NCBI RefSeq assembly: GCF_004010195.1
Contig: NC_057749.1
Coordinates: 9,105,575-9,159,742, forward strand
DNA from: Chiloscyllium plagiosum
Lineage: Eukaryota
Reading direction: 5' to 3'
DNA: 54,168 nt
Below the pieces are notes generated by a model that was not told the DNA's origin, did not search any database, and saw only the letters and a program-made list of their open reading frames with translations. Positions 1-11,596 of the stretch are shown piece after piece. Position 1 is the first letter of the stretch. The number at the start of each line of letters is the position of its first letter. The position numbers and the translations under genes were made by a program.

Positions 1-497
1 GTGAGTGAGTGAGTGAGTGAGTGAGTGAGTGAGTGAGTGAGTGAGTGAGTGAGTGAGTGAGTGAGTGAGTGAGTGAGTGAGTGAGTGAGTGAGTGAGTGA
101 GTGAGTGAGTGAGTGAGTGAGTGAGTGAGTGAGTGAGTGAGTGAGTGAGTGAGTGAGTGAGTGAGTGAGTGAGTGAGTGAGTGAGTGAGTGAGTGAGTGA
201 GTGAGTGAGTGAGTGAGTGAGTGAGTGAGTGAGTGAGTGAGTGAGTGAGTGAGTGAGTGAGTGAGTGAGTGAGTGAGTGAGTGAGTGAGTGAGTGAGTGA
301 GTGAGTGAGTGAGTGAGTGAGTGAGTGAGTGAGTGAGTGAGTGAGTGAGTGAGTGAGTGAGTGAGTGAGTGAGTGAGTGAGTGAGTGAGTGAGTGAGTGA
401 GTGAGTGAGTGAGTGAGTGAGTGAGTGAGTGAGTGAGTGAGTGAGTGAGTGAGTGAGTGAGTGAGTGAGTGAGTGTGTGTGTGTGTGTGTGTGAGAG
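1..497. repeat. (GTGA)n tetranucleotide microsatellite, about 118 perfect copies, grading into (GT)n and (GA)n
   Basis: Directly visible: perfect GTGA array 1-474, then GT and GA repeats; runs off the left edge. Confidence 0.98.
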
Positions 498-524
498 ATT
501 AATTGTAGTCTTACCAGCAGAAGT

Positions 525-725
525 CTGGGTTAGCTCAGTTGGCTGGATGGCTGGTTTGCAATGCAGAGTGACACCAACAACGTGGGCTCAATTCCTGCAC
601 CAGCTGAGGTGACCATGAACGACTCTCCTTCTCAACCTCTCCCCTCACCTGAGGCACAATGACCTTCAGATTAAACCAGTTGTCTCTCTCAAAGTAGTCT
701 GGTAAGACCAAGGTGACTTTTTATT
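525..725 (+). mobile_element. tRNA-derived SINE (related copies at about 11790-11990 and 35800-36085)
   Basis: A-box-like TAGCTCAGTTGG and B-box-like GGCTCAATTCC, followed by a body (ctcaacctctcccctcacctgagg...ttaaacc) shared with the two other copies. Confidence 0.7.
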
Positions 726-782
726 TGGAGGTCAACAGCTATCCTCTTCATTATCAACTATATAGTTGGTCATAGTAGGGAT

Positions 783-1300
783 TCAATGATTCTATTCTAT
801 GTGGAAACAGGCCATTTGGCCCAGCAATTTCACACTGACCATCCCACCCAGAACCATCTGTTACCCTATCCCTATAATCCTGCATTTCCCGTGGCCAACC
901 CACCCAACCTGCATATCCCTAGACACGATGGGAAATTTCCCATGGCCAATCGACCTGACCTGCACGTCTTTGGACTGTGGGAGGAAACTTACGCAGACAT
1001 GGGGAGAATGTGCAAACTCCGCACAGTCACCCAAGGGTGGAATCAAACCCGGGTCCCTGATGGAGCGAGAGACAAGAAAACTGCAGATACTGGAATCCAA
1101 AGTAAAGAAGCAGGAGGCTGGAAGACCACAGCAAGCCAGGCAGCACCAGGAGGTGGAGAAGTCAATGTTTTGGATGTAATCCTTCTTCAGGATTATTAAC
1201 TTCTCCACCTCCTGATGCTGCCTGGCTTGCTGTGGTCTTCCAGTCTCCTGTTGGTCTACCCCGGTGCTGTGAGGCAGCAGTGCCAACCACTGAGCCATCA
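783..1300 (-). mobile_element. HE1-type V-SINE, interrupted by a fold-back PLE-tail insertion at about 1075-1258
   Basis: Reverse complement of the SINE at 1672-2017 (ctttggactgtgggaggaaac, gaggcagcagtgccaaccactgagcc). Confidence 0.8.
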
Positions 1301-1671
1301 TGCTTCCCCACCACTGAGCCATCTCCTTTTGTGTTTTCTGCAAATTTCCCAATCACACCTACCATGTTTAACACTGAAATCATTCACATATGCTACAGAA
1401 AGCAACTGCGTGGAACGCCACAAGAAACTTCCTGCCATTTGCAAAAACATCCATTTCACCACCACCCTTTGTTTCCCCCCTCTGAGCCAACTTTGGATTC
1501 AATTTCTCACACTCCCCACCAGCTTGAATTCTCTTGTCCAGTTTTCCATGTGGAACCTTGGTCAATGCCTCACTCAGACCCATGTGGACAACTTCCACTT
1601 TAATGAATAAAATAATAAGACAGCGTCCAGTAACTGGATTGGCAAAAAAAACTCATCTGGTTCAGTGGTGC

Positions 1672-2017
1672 CAGCATGATGACACAGTGGTTAGCACTGC
1701 TGCTTCACAGCGCCAGGGACCCGGGTTCGATCCCACCCTTGGACGACTGTCTGTATTGAGTTTGCACATTCTCTCTGTGACTACATGGGTTTCCTCCGGG
1801 TGCTCCGGTTTCCTCCCACAGTCCAAAGATGTGCAGTTCAGATGAATTGGCCATGCTAAATTGCCCTTAATGTTCAGGGATGGGTAGGTTAGGTGCATTA
1901 GCCAGGGGTAATGGTAGAGTATTGGGTAATGGGTTTGGGTGGGTTACTCTTCGGAGGGTCGGTGTGGACTTGTTGTGCCAAAGGGCCTGTTTCCACACTG
2001 TAGGATTCTATGATTCT
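1672..2017 (+). mobile_element. HE1-type shark V-SINE
   Basis: tRNA-like head (cagtggttagcactgctgc...gggttcgatcc), V-domain core (gggtttcctccgggtgctccggtttcctcccacagtccaaagatgtgc) and a LINE-like tail (gggcctgtttccacactgtaggattctatgattct). Confidence 0.85.
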
Positions 2018-2307
2018 AAAACAATGTCCTTGGACAAAGGGAATCTCCTGCCCCTACCTGTTCTGACTCCAAATCCACACGGATGTGGCTCTTAACCACC
2101 GTCTGAAAGGGTGAGTAAGCCATTTAGGGGGCAAGTAGACTTGGCGAGTACTCGCCAGTAACATTCAGATTGTAAAAAGGGTTTTCTTTTTTAACAGAAG
2201 ATATTGAAAGACTGAAGGGCCTCCTCCTTTTCCTATGGTTGTCTTTTTGCCGCCTGTGCTAGAGGTTAGCCAAGAGCTCTGTCCGCTTTCAGGTTGTATG
2301 TTCTCAC

Positions 2308-2439
2308 CTGGCCTCTGGCAGACTCCAGTTCCTGGTTTTGCTCCTCCAGCTCACTATTCCGAGTCTGCAGCATGTCCCAAACCTTCTGTAACTCCTCTCG
2401 CACCAGAAAGAGCTCACTATCCACTTCCTCCAGCGATGC
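2308..2439 (-). CDS. Coiled-coil gene, last exon visible in the window: ASLEEVDSELFLVREELQKVWDMLQTRNSELEEQNQELESARGQ
   Basis: ttaacag|GCA acceptor, CAG|gtgaga donor, 132 nt, phase 0-0, heptad-like composition. Confidence 0.85.
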
Positions 2440-3974
2440 CTGTTAATGTAATACAGTGTGCTGGGATTAGAATGTACAATCACAGGACCATAGCAGGCCA
2501 TTCAACCCGTCCTGCCTGTCTCAGCTCTTCACAAGTGCCATCCAATTAGTCGCGTTCTCTCTACCCAGGTTTTCCTTTTCAAATATTTATCTAATTTCCC
2601 TTCTGAGAGAAATGGTTGAATCCCTTTCAGGAAGTGAATGTCAGATTACATCAACTCACTGCCAAGAATGACAGGCTCATATCTTTTAGATTTTGCCGTC
2701 TATCTTAAATTGATAATCTCTGGTCACCAAATCTCCGGCCCGCAGAGACGGATTCAACTTTTGGGAATTGAGAATGCTCAGCTGCAAATGGTTCTCGATT
2801 ACTTTAGGATATCTGGTCAGCATGGACGAGTTGGGCCGAACGATCTGCTTCCATGCTGTACATCTCTATGGTGCTAAGTGCTTCCAAAAACTCTCCTGAA
2901 CAGTCTGGCCCTAATTCTCAGACTATCCCCTAATTGTAGAATCCCCAATCAGTTTACCTTCATCTACCCTTAGGAATTGACCGACAGGTTTAGACATTAC
3001 ATTTTGATCGGCTCAGGCTGGGAGGGCCGAAGGGCCTGTTCCTGGGCTGTAAATTTTCTTTGTTCTTTACCCTATCTTTTCCTGTTAATATCTTGAAGAC
3101 AGTTCAATTAGATCACCCCTTAATCTTCTAAATTCCCTGCTTACCTGTAAAGTATTTATTTGCCAGCACACCCCAAATCACACTGAGTTCAATATTTCAA
3201 ACGGTGCTTGAGGAATTGGAACATGGAAACAGGCCACTTAGCCAATCACATCTGTGTCAGCCTTTCCCTCTGTGCTAGCAATACAGCTGAGGATGGCCAA
3301 TTGCAAGAAAATTAGCAGACTGATTCAAGATAATTATTTGAAACAAAAATTCACATGCAACTAATTTCTTTACTGTCCTGTGTCATTTATGCAAGTTTCC
3401 AATGCTTAGAAGCAAGTTCAAAAATACTAATGTTGAGAGTGTGGTGCTGGAAAAGCACAGCCGGTCAGGCAGCCCGAAACATTGATTCTTCTGCTTCTCG
3501 GATGCTGACTGACTGGCTGTGCTTTTCCAGCACCACACTCTTGTCTCTAATCTCCAGCATCTGCAGTCCTCCCACTCTCTCCTCAAAAAAACTAGTGACC
3601 ATTTAACCGTTGTCAATTAGAGTCATACAGCACGGAAACAGACTGTTCGGTCCAACTCATCCATACCGACCAAGTTTCCCAAACTAAATTAGTCCCATTT
3701 GCCTGTATTCTGCCCATATCCCTCTAAATACTCAATTGTTGGAAAAATGCATCTGGTTCACTAATGTCCTTCAGGGAAGGAAACTGCCATCCTTACCCGT
3801 CTGGCCTACATCAGGTGACTCGAGACCCACAGCAATATGGTTGATTCTTAACTACCCTCTGGACTATTAGGGATGGGCAATAAACATTGGCCCAGCCAGT
3901 GACACCCACATTCCACAAGTGAATATAAATAATATTGCTTTGGTTTGCGCAAAAGCTAGGTTGGAAACCAAAAC

Positions 3975-5240
3975 AAACTTAGGTTTGATATCCAGACGTT
4001 TCATTACCTGGCTAGGTAACATCATCAGTGGTGACCTCCATGTGAAGCAAAGCTGTTGTCTCCTGTTTTCTGTTTATATATTTGTCCTGGATGGGGTTCC
4101 TGGGGTTTGTAGTGATGTCATTTCCTGTTCATTTTCTGAGGGGTTGGTAGATGGTATCTAGATCTATGTGTTTGTTTATGGCGTTGTGGTTGAAGTACCA
4201 GGCCTCTAGGAATTCTCTGGCATGTCTTTGCTTAGCCTGTCCCAGGATAGATGTGTTGTCCCAGTTGAAATGGTGGGTTTTTTTTAGGGGGATCTCCGCT
4301 ATCAGGATTCATAGCAGAAGCAGTAGTGCAAAGACTAGAACAAACAGTCCTCCCAACCATCAAACCAAAAATCTGGGTCTGCTACGTAGATGACAACTTT
4401 GTCATCACAAAATGAAACAAGATAGAAGAGACATTTAACATCATCAACAATACCCTCACAGGCATAATGTTCACCAAGGAGGAAGAAACCGACAACAAAC
4501 TCGCATTCCTGGACGTCACAGTCGAAAGAACGGACAACGGAGAACTACAAACCTGCGTATACAGAAAACCGACAAACACTGACCAAATACTTAACTACAC
4601 CAGCAACCATCCCAACACACACAAACAAAGCTGTATCAGAACGCTATTCCAACGAGCCACATTACACTACAGCACAGACGAACTTTGGAAAACGGAGGAG
4701 AACCACCTATACGACGTATTCAAGAAGAACGGATACTCAAAAAATACAGTCCGCAGATTCCTCAAGAACAAACCACGACAAGCAGACTAAACACAGCCAG
4801 AAATCCTAACCACCTTACCATACATCAAAGAAGTTTCAGAAATGACAGCCAGCAGACTACTAAGACCCCTCGGAATCCTAGTAGCACACAAACCCACCAA
4901 TACTCTCAAACAAAAACGTACAAACTTAAAAGACCCAGTACATCCCATGGACAAAACCAACGTCGTCTACAAAATTCCATGCAAGGAAAACAGATCTAAA
5001 TACCATCTATCAACCCCTCAGAAAACAAACAGGAAATGACATCACCACAAACCCCAGGAACCCCGTCCAGGACAAACATATAAATAGAAAGCAGGAGACA
5101 ACAGCTTCGCTTCACTTGGAGGTCGTTACTAAGGATGTTACCTAGCCAGTAATGAAACGTCTGGATATCAAACCTACACCTCAGCGAGCAAACATACACC
5201 CTAAACCTCAATCTGAGCTACAAACCTTCACAAACCTTGC
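3975..5240 (+). mobile_element. Decayed Penelope-like retroelement (Poseidon-like) with inverted pseudo-LTRs
   Basis: RT motif IWVCYVDDNFV at about 4371-4403 followed by a stop; EEETDNKLAFLDVTV...VYRKPTNTDQILNYTSNHP; GIY-YIG start VVYKIPC; 3980-4165 is the inverted copy of 4993-5175; the minus strand of 4130-4277 reads HHFNWDNTSILGQAKQRHAREFLEAW (endonuclease C-terminus). Confidence 0.9.
3992..4031 (-). ncRNA. Minimal type I hammerhead ribozyme motif in the PLE pseudo-LTR
   Basis: Minus strand: cca-CTGATGA-t-gttacct-agcc-aggtaat-GAAAC-GTC-tgg; helix I cca/tgg, 7-bp helix II, ACGU palindromic helix III. Confidence 0.75.
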
Positions 5241-5350
5241 AAAAATTATTTACAAGGTATTCCCACATCTGAAATACCAGATTGTATTGCAACAAAGTAT
5301 AAAAATCATGACTACTTTAAAGCAGTCATGTGCATGCATATACACATATA

Positions 5351-5857
5351 CCATATGTGTACCTGCATAGATTGATCTCACGTATAAGTCACCCCCTTAC
5401 TTCACCACAAATCTTGTATTTTCCATATACCTCATGTAAAAGTCGACCATAGTTTTTCACAGTCACAGATCAACAGTTATGAGTCAATGTGCCTGCCCGT
5501 TGCACTCCACTCCGGCTTTCCAGTCTGCTAGCTGTACTGCTCCGTTCTGGTCTTCCAGTCCGCCAGCCATCATGTTCCACTCCAGGTTTTCAGAATTACT
5601 GTAATGGTACAACTGTACAAGGCGACCGCTGTATCCATGGAGTTGGTTTCAGTTACACGCAGTTCACCATGGCCTGAACATATTACAGGGAACGTTCCAG
5701 AACCAGGGACTGGGGGGGGCTACCGGGAAGGTAAATTTCCCATTTTACCTATTTTGTAGATTTTCCCTCTAAAACAATACCTTGTGTATAAATCAATCCC
5801 CTAATTTCAGATTTTAAAAAAGTCTTCAAAATTCGACCTATACACAAGTATATGCGG
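5351..5857. mobile_element. Old Tc1/mariner-pogo-type non-autonomous DNA element
   Basis: Degenerate TIRs (ccatatgtgtacctgcatagattga ... tcgacctatacacaagtatatgcgg) with TA on both sides. Confidence 0.5.
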
Positions 5858-6197
5858 TACCTGTGTGTGTGTGTGTACACACAGTGCTTTGTCACTACAG
5901 CAAGACACAACCACAGAGGAAAAACAGCGTTAACGCTTCAAGTCCAGTGCACCTTCATCTTGATGAGTTCCAAACAAGGGTCACTGGACTCAAAACGTTA
6001 ACTTTGTTCCTCTCTCTACCATTGCTGCTGGTCCACCTGAGTTTCTCAAACATTCTGAGGTGCAGATCTCCAGCATCCAGCAGGTTATTGTTTATTAAAC
6101 AACTCCAAACATGGAAAGTAACCTCTTCCCACAGTTAATTGCCTGTTGAAAGCTTGCATATGTTTCAAGAATGAATTTGCCTGAAACAACATCTTAC

Positions 6198-6239
6198 CTT
6201 AATTTCTCCTGGCTTGCTCAATTTGACTTCTTCAAGTTC
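6198..6239 (-). CDS. Coiled-coil gene exon: ELEEVKLSKPGEIK
   Basis: gtgtttttcag|GAA acceptor, AAG|gtaaga donor, 42 nt, phase 0-0. Confidence 0.75.
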
Positions 6240-6610
6240 CTGAAAAACACAAGACCAGAAGATAAATTGTTAAAAAATAATAAGCTCTCCAAAAGTTGCA
6301 TAGGAGCACTGACCTTCTCACCACAAGGTAACTATGTGGAATCTTGATTGACAGGGATCATCCTGGTGAACTGCCTCCCAAGAAAGGAATCTTTCCTTAA
6401 ATAAGGGGGTGAAAACTGCTCACAGTGCTCCAAATGGGATCGCCTGTGCTTGTCTCACATTGTGCTTGTGGGATTCCTTATAGCCACCCATGAGGGTGGA
6501 GGGGCCCAGAGGTGGCACCTCCAGCTGGAGTCATAAAACGTGGCAGGAGAGAAATTAAATGAGTTCCTTGCTCCTGATCCTCCCTACCCAAGAGCATTCC
6601 CATTGGAAAG

Positions 6611-7231
6611 TGTGACGACGCCGTCACTTTAAAAGATTATTTTGTCCTTTTTTTTTAAAAAAGTGAGTTTGTAAGGTAGAGGTGCAGAACTGGCTCCCGA
6701 GGACAATTTAAACAAACAACTTGCAATGCCTTGAGGTGAAACATTGGAAGCAGCCTGGATGTGGCCAGATCTCTCATACCAGACTTTCTCATTGCCTTTA
6801 GCTTTAGCAGCAGAAGCCGTTGTAGTCTCAAAAAAGTCAGAAGCTTCAGTGAATGTCTCTCTTGGCTGTAACACACTCTGAATATTCTCTCGATATTTCT
6901 TCCTCCTGGATTGGAGATCTGCATCTAAGGATATATGTCTGAATTTGCTTTTTTGCCAAGGGGTGTGTTTATGGGATGTTACTGTATTGGAACAGTTCAT
7001 TAATAATAGCTCCAGTATCTATTATTCTGCTACATTTTCCAATTGTTGTTATTCTGAATTCCTCTTACGTTTGTTTGCATTTTAACTGCAGTTTTTAAAT
7101 AAATCGTGTTTTGCTTAACATTTGGCAAGTGACATTGCATCTGGATCATTGCACTTCACATTTGCCTTCAAAATTTTAAAAATAGTTAGGGTCTAAGCTA
7201 TTTAGAGGGGGTTTTGGCCTGGTTCATAATA
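6611..7231 (+). mobile_element. Solo LTR (Gypsy-like), 621 bp, 4-bp TSD AAAG
   Basis: Starts TGTGACG, ends CATAATA (CA mutated); AAAG at 6607-6610 and 7232-7235; homologous in inverted orientation to 27237-27854. Confidence 0.75.
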
Positions 7232-7786
7232 AAAGGCCATGGGCAAACGTCACATGGGTTTGGGGATATATTCAACTGTGATGCTCCCACACTGTTATCC
7301 TCTCAACTCATCATCCATACTTGTCAAGGCAAAATGGTATCCTGGGTAAATTATCGCAAGATAACCCTGAACACCAACCCGGGTTAGAGTATTTTGAGGA
7401 GGTAATTGGAAGGCAAAGCAGTGAGGACCTGCTCTGAAGTCAACTCAACAGCAGCCTGCATTGTTTATCAGCCCATAGCAAGTGCATTCAGAAAACGCAC
7501 TCACACAATGCTAATTCCCTTGGTGGGAACTTGGGATATATCATGAGAAAATGATTCATCTCCCTCAATGCTTCAATGGGAGTAGGATAGAGACCCTGTA
7601 ATTACTACGCATCCTGTTCTTTGAACTTCATGCAGCTAGGAGGATATTAAACTCTGTGGTTCTCATCTTCTAAATTAAACTTGGCAGGTTTCAGGGAAAA
7701 GTTGCTACTTTTCAACAAGTTTGCATTTAGAGGAGAGAGCAGGAAAATGGCCAGGAAGCTGGAATCAAGCAGCTCACTGATAGTAA

Positions 7787-8007
7787 ATGAAAGTGAGGAC
7801 TGCAGATGCTGGAGACCAGAGTCTAGATTAGAGTGGTGCTGGAAAAGCACAGCAGGGCAGGCAGCATCTGAGGAGCAGGAAAATCAATGTTTAAGGCAAA
7901 AGCCCTTTATCAGGAATTCCTGAAGGGCTTTTGCCCGAAACGTCAATTTTCCTGCTCCCTGGGTGCTGCCTGACCTGCTGTGCTTTTCCAGCACCACTCT
8001 AATCTAA
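7787..8007. mobile_element. Fold-back PLE-tail element with a 16-bp TSD
   Basis: Two inverted arms centred on ggaattcc; AGCTCACTGATAGTAA at 7771-7786 and 8008-8023. Confidence 0.85.
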
Positions 8008-8145
8008 AGCTCACTGATAGTAACCAGCTGTTCCTGGGACATTGCTACACAGACTCTCCCTCAAAACCTGGAAAAGGCACCTTCGAGTCAAAAGGTATGG
8101 TGCTGGAAAAGCACAGCTGGTAAGGCAGCATCCGAGGAGCAGGAG

Positions 8146-8181
8146 AGTCGACTTTTCGAGCATAAGCTCTTCATCAGGAAT
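8146..8181 (-). ncRNA. Hammerhead motif with mutated helix III in a PLE-tail copy (10-bp TSD CACCTTCGAG at 8078-8087 and 8204-8213)
   Basis: Minus strand: attc-CTGATGA-agagc-ttat-gctc-GAAAA-GTC-gact. Confidence 0.55.
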
Positions 8182-8321
8182 GGGTTCTGACCTTCCTCAA
8201 AATCACCTTCGAGGTAACCCAGCAACCAAATAAACCTCTCAAGGTGCAGCAAGGCTTCACTGATACTTCCCACGCCAACCCAACGCTCCTCATCCTCACA
8301 GAGAATACCACTGCCAACTGT

Positions 8322-8661
8322 GGGCGGCACAGTGGCTCAGTAGTTAGCACTGCTGCCTCAAAGCGCCAGGGACCCAGGTTCGATTCCAGCCTCAGATGAC
8401 TGTCTGTGTGGAGTTTGAACATTCGCCCCGTGTCTGTGTGGGTTTCCTCCAGGTGCTTTGGTTTCCTCCCACCATCCAAAGATGTGCAGATCACATGAAT
8501 TGGCCATGGGAAATTGCCCAGTGTGTTCAGGGACGTGGAGGTTAGGTGCATTAGTCAGGGTATAAATGTAGGGGATTGGGTCTGGGTGGGTTACTTTTTG
8601 GAGGGTCGGTGTGGACTTGTTGGGCTGAAGGGCCTGTTTCCACACAGTAGGGATTCTATGA
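8322..8661 (+). mobile_element. HE1-type V-SINE
   Basis: Full head, core and tail, similar to 1672-2017. Confidence 0.85.
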
Positions 8662-9127
8662 ACTGTATCGAAGAGGTCACCATCTCCTGGCCCATGAGTT
8701 TTCAGCTCACGAAGCATTCAGATCGATTAGTGCGATTTCACTCAACATGTGCTCGCCCTGTCTTGATGCGTCCAGGCTGATTGATTGGCCTTGGCTTGCT
8801 AGTCCCCGGGCTCTGTCTGCTTCACTTGTAGGCAGTCTGTCTGTCGTTCAGATACCAACAGTCCAACCTACACAATCAATACATCACTGCTCAAAACTCG
8901 GCCCTTGAATTAGCCACTCGCCCTACTGAAACAAATTCGACAAAACCTTTCTTCCAAGTGGCCGCTCTGAACTATGTTCATTATTAAAGTTTGTTCAGTT
9001 TATTCAGGCCGAGAGTGGCTCTATGGAGCAACATTGGAGGGGGCTGCCTAATCGCAAAGCAGCAGATAACTCTTACTACTGCTGCAGTTAAGTAGCTAGC
9101 AAGTACTAATAGCTTATCCCCCACTAT

Positions 9128-9457
9128 GGGCGGCTTGGAGGCTCAGTGGTTAACGCTGCTGCCCTACAGGGCCAGGGACCCGGGTTCGATTCCTGCCTTG
9201 GGTGACTGTCTGTGTGGAGTTTGCATGTTCTCCCAGTGTCTGCGTGGGTTTCCTCTGGGTGCTCCGGTTTCCTCCCACAGTCCAAAAGATGTGCAGGTTA
9301 GGTGTACTGGCCATGCTAAATTGCCCGTCGTGTTAGTGTGTTAGTCAGGGGTAAATATAGGATAGGGGAATGGGTCTGGGTGGGCTACTCTTCAGAGGGT
9401 CGGTGTGAACTTGTTGGGCCGAAGGGCCTGTTTCCATACTGTGGGGAATCTAATATA
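9128..9457 (+). mobile_element. HE1-type V-SINE
   Basis: Full head, core and tail. Confidence 0.85.
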
Positions 9458-10847
9458 ATCCGACCATAGAAGCTGAAGGAGGTCATTTCAATTTACAGTC
9501 AAACATAGAGTGACATTCACTCACAAACACACCCTCACACAGACACAAAGACAAACTCACATGGACAGACACAGATAGACACACACTCACATAAACAGAG
9601 ACAAATAATTTCCTACACACACAGGCAGATACTTACACAGAGACAAATACACACAGACAGGCACAGGTGCACACGCGCACACACACGCAGATACATAAAG
9701 GCGCACACATGTGCACGCACATGTTCACACACACACCACTGAAGAAGTCATATCAGATTCGAAATGATTACTCTGTTTCTGTCTCCACCAATGCTACCAG
9801 ACCTGCTGGAGTTTCTCCAACACTCTGTGTTTAACAGGCATCCTCTTAGCTTTTTCTCCCAAACTTACTGAAACACTGAGATGGTGGTGTGGTGATTACG
9901 TCACTGGACTCTAGTAACCCAGAGACTCAGGCTAAGGTTTTGGGGACACGGGTTCAGATTCTCCCAGGACAATTGACAGAAATTAAATTCAAAAATTAAA
10001 GATTCATCTCCTGGTCTCTGCTGTGAGTTTACCAAGAATGACAGAACTACCTTCCTTTCAGTAACATTATTAGGTTTCTAAAGGCGATTTATACTGGACT
10101 CAAAACGTTAACTCTGTTTCTCTCTCCACACATGCTGCCAGACCTGATGAGTTTCTCCATCGCTGTCTGTCTTGGCTATTAGCCATTGGTTGGTCGGGGA
10201 GAAGGCTGTGAGAATAAATGAGTCGGCCGGAGATGAGGAGTGATTCCATGGGCATTCCAACCAGAGCTGGAAAACCCCCAGCCAGTTCCTCTCCCCAGCC
10301 CCCGTTTCCAACATGGAGGTACTTACAGCTCCTTGACCATACTCTGGCTGAGATCACATGACCCAGCATTGGTCAAGCGTCAAACCTGGACCCTTTCTCT
10401 TCTGGACACTCAAAACAAAATCAGGAGGTGTGACCACCCAAAGAGGTAAGGCCTGTGACTGTCTCAAACACTCACTGTGTAAAGAAATGTAAAATAATAC
10501 ATTAATATTGAAAATGTACAGTGAATTGTCAAGGCTTTGGTACTCCTTCACTTCAGAACTGGTGTGAGGAAACATCCTTTTACAAAGCAGTGAACAATCC
10601 ATGAAGAGAAAGCCACAACCATCGGATTGCTTAATAATTAGTTAGCGAGTCTTTAACTCACTTAACCAAGAATGGCTCTGAGACCATCTTTCATGCAGGT
10701 TTACGGAGCTTGAATGAAAGAGCCACTTAATACGCATTTTGTCAATCAGCCTGTTCAGAGATACCATTACACACCTCTGGAGCAGGTGGGACTTGATTCT
10801 CGGTCTCCTGCCTCAGAGGTATGGACACTTCCACAGCAGGGAAAAAA

Positions 10848-11049
10848 GTTAGGACTGCAGATGCTGGAGATCAGAGTCGAGACTGTGGTGCTGGAAAAGC
10901 ACAGCCGGTCAGGCAGCATCCAAGGAGCAGGTGAATTGACGTTTCGGGCATAAGCTCTTCCTCAGGGTTTAAGCCCGAAACGTCGATCCTCCTGCTCCTC
11001 GGATGTTGCCTGACAGGCTGTGCTTTTCCAGCACCACAGTCTCGACACT
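10848..11049. mobile_element. Fold-back PLE-tail element
   Basis: Inverted arms (gtcgagactgtggtgctggaaaagcacagc ... gctgtgcttttccagcaccacagtctcgac) around fused hammerhead remnants. Confidence 0.8.
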
Positions 11050-11254
11050 TACAACACCACACCGGCGTCATTCAATATTATAACATGGAAAGAAATCTGT
11101 TCAATTGAAATTGGTTTCATATCACATTATTTAAAATTGAAGAGTCTCCCACTCAAAATATAGAGGAGGCAATTTTTGTTCTGTCTCAGAGGGCTGTTAG
11201 AGTGAGGAATTCACTTTCCCAGAAATCAATGGTGGCTGGATGGTCAGATGGTCA

Positions 11255-11596
11255 GGGCGGCACGGTGGCACAGTGGTTAGCACCGCTGCCTCACAGCGTC
11301 AGAGACCCGCCTCAGGCGACTGACTGTGTGGAGTTTGCATGTTCTCCCCGTGTCTGCGTGGGTTTCCTCCGGGTGCTCCGGTTTCCTCCCACCATCCAAA
11401 GATGTGCAGGGTCAGGTGAATTGGCCATACTAAATTGCCTGTAGTGTTAGGTAAGGGGTAAATGTAGGGGTATGGGTGGGTATCGCTTCGGCGGGGCGGT
11501 GTGGACTTGTTGGGCCGAAGGGCCTGTTTCCACACTGTAATCTAATCTAATCTAATCTAATCTAATCTAATCTAATCTGTAATCTAATCTAATCTA
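11255..11596 (+). mobile_element. HE1-type V-SINE with a long (AATCT)n tail
   Basis: Head, core, then about 11 AATCT repeats at 11539-11596. Confidence 0.85.

Noticed and set aside
6629..7000. 123-aa minus-strand ORF as a gene exon
   Set aside because: It lies inside a TSD-flanked solo LTR and has no fitting splice phase.
8322..8400. tRNA gene (likewise the other SINE heads)
   Set aside because: The A/B boxes continue into V-SINE core and tail; these are tRNA-derived heads.
10934..10984. Functional hammerhead at the centre of this fold-back
   Set aside because: The arm fusion destroyed helix I on minus and removed the CUGANGA core on plus.
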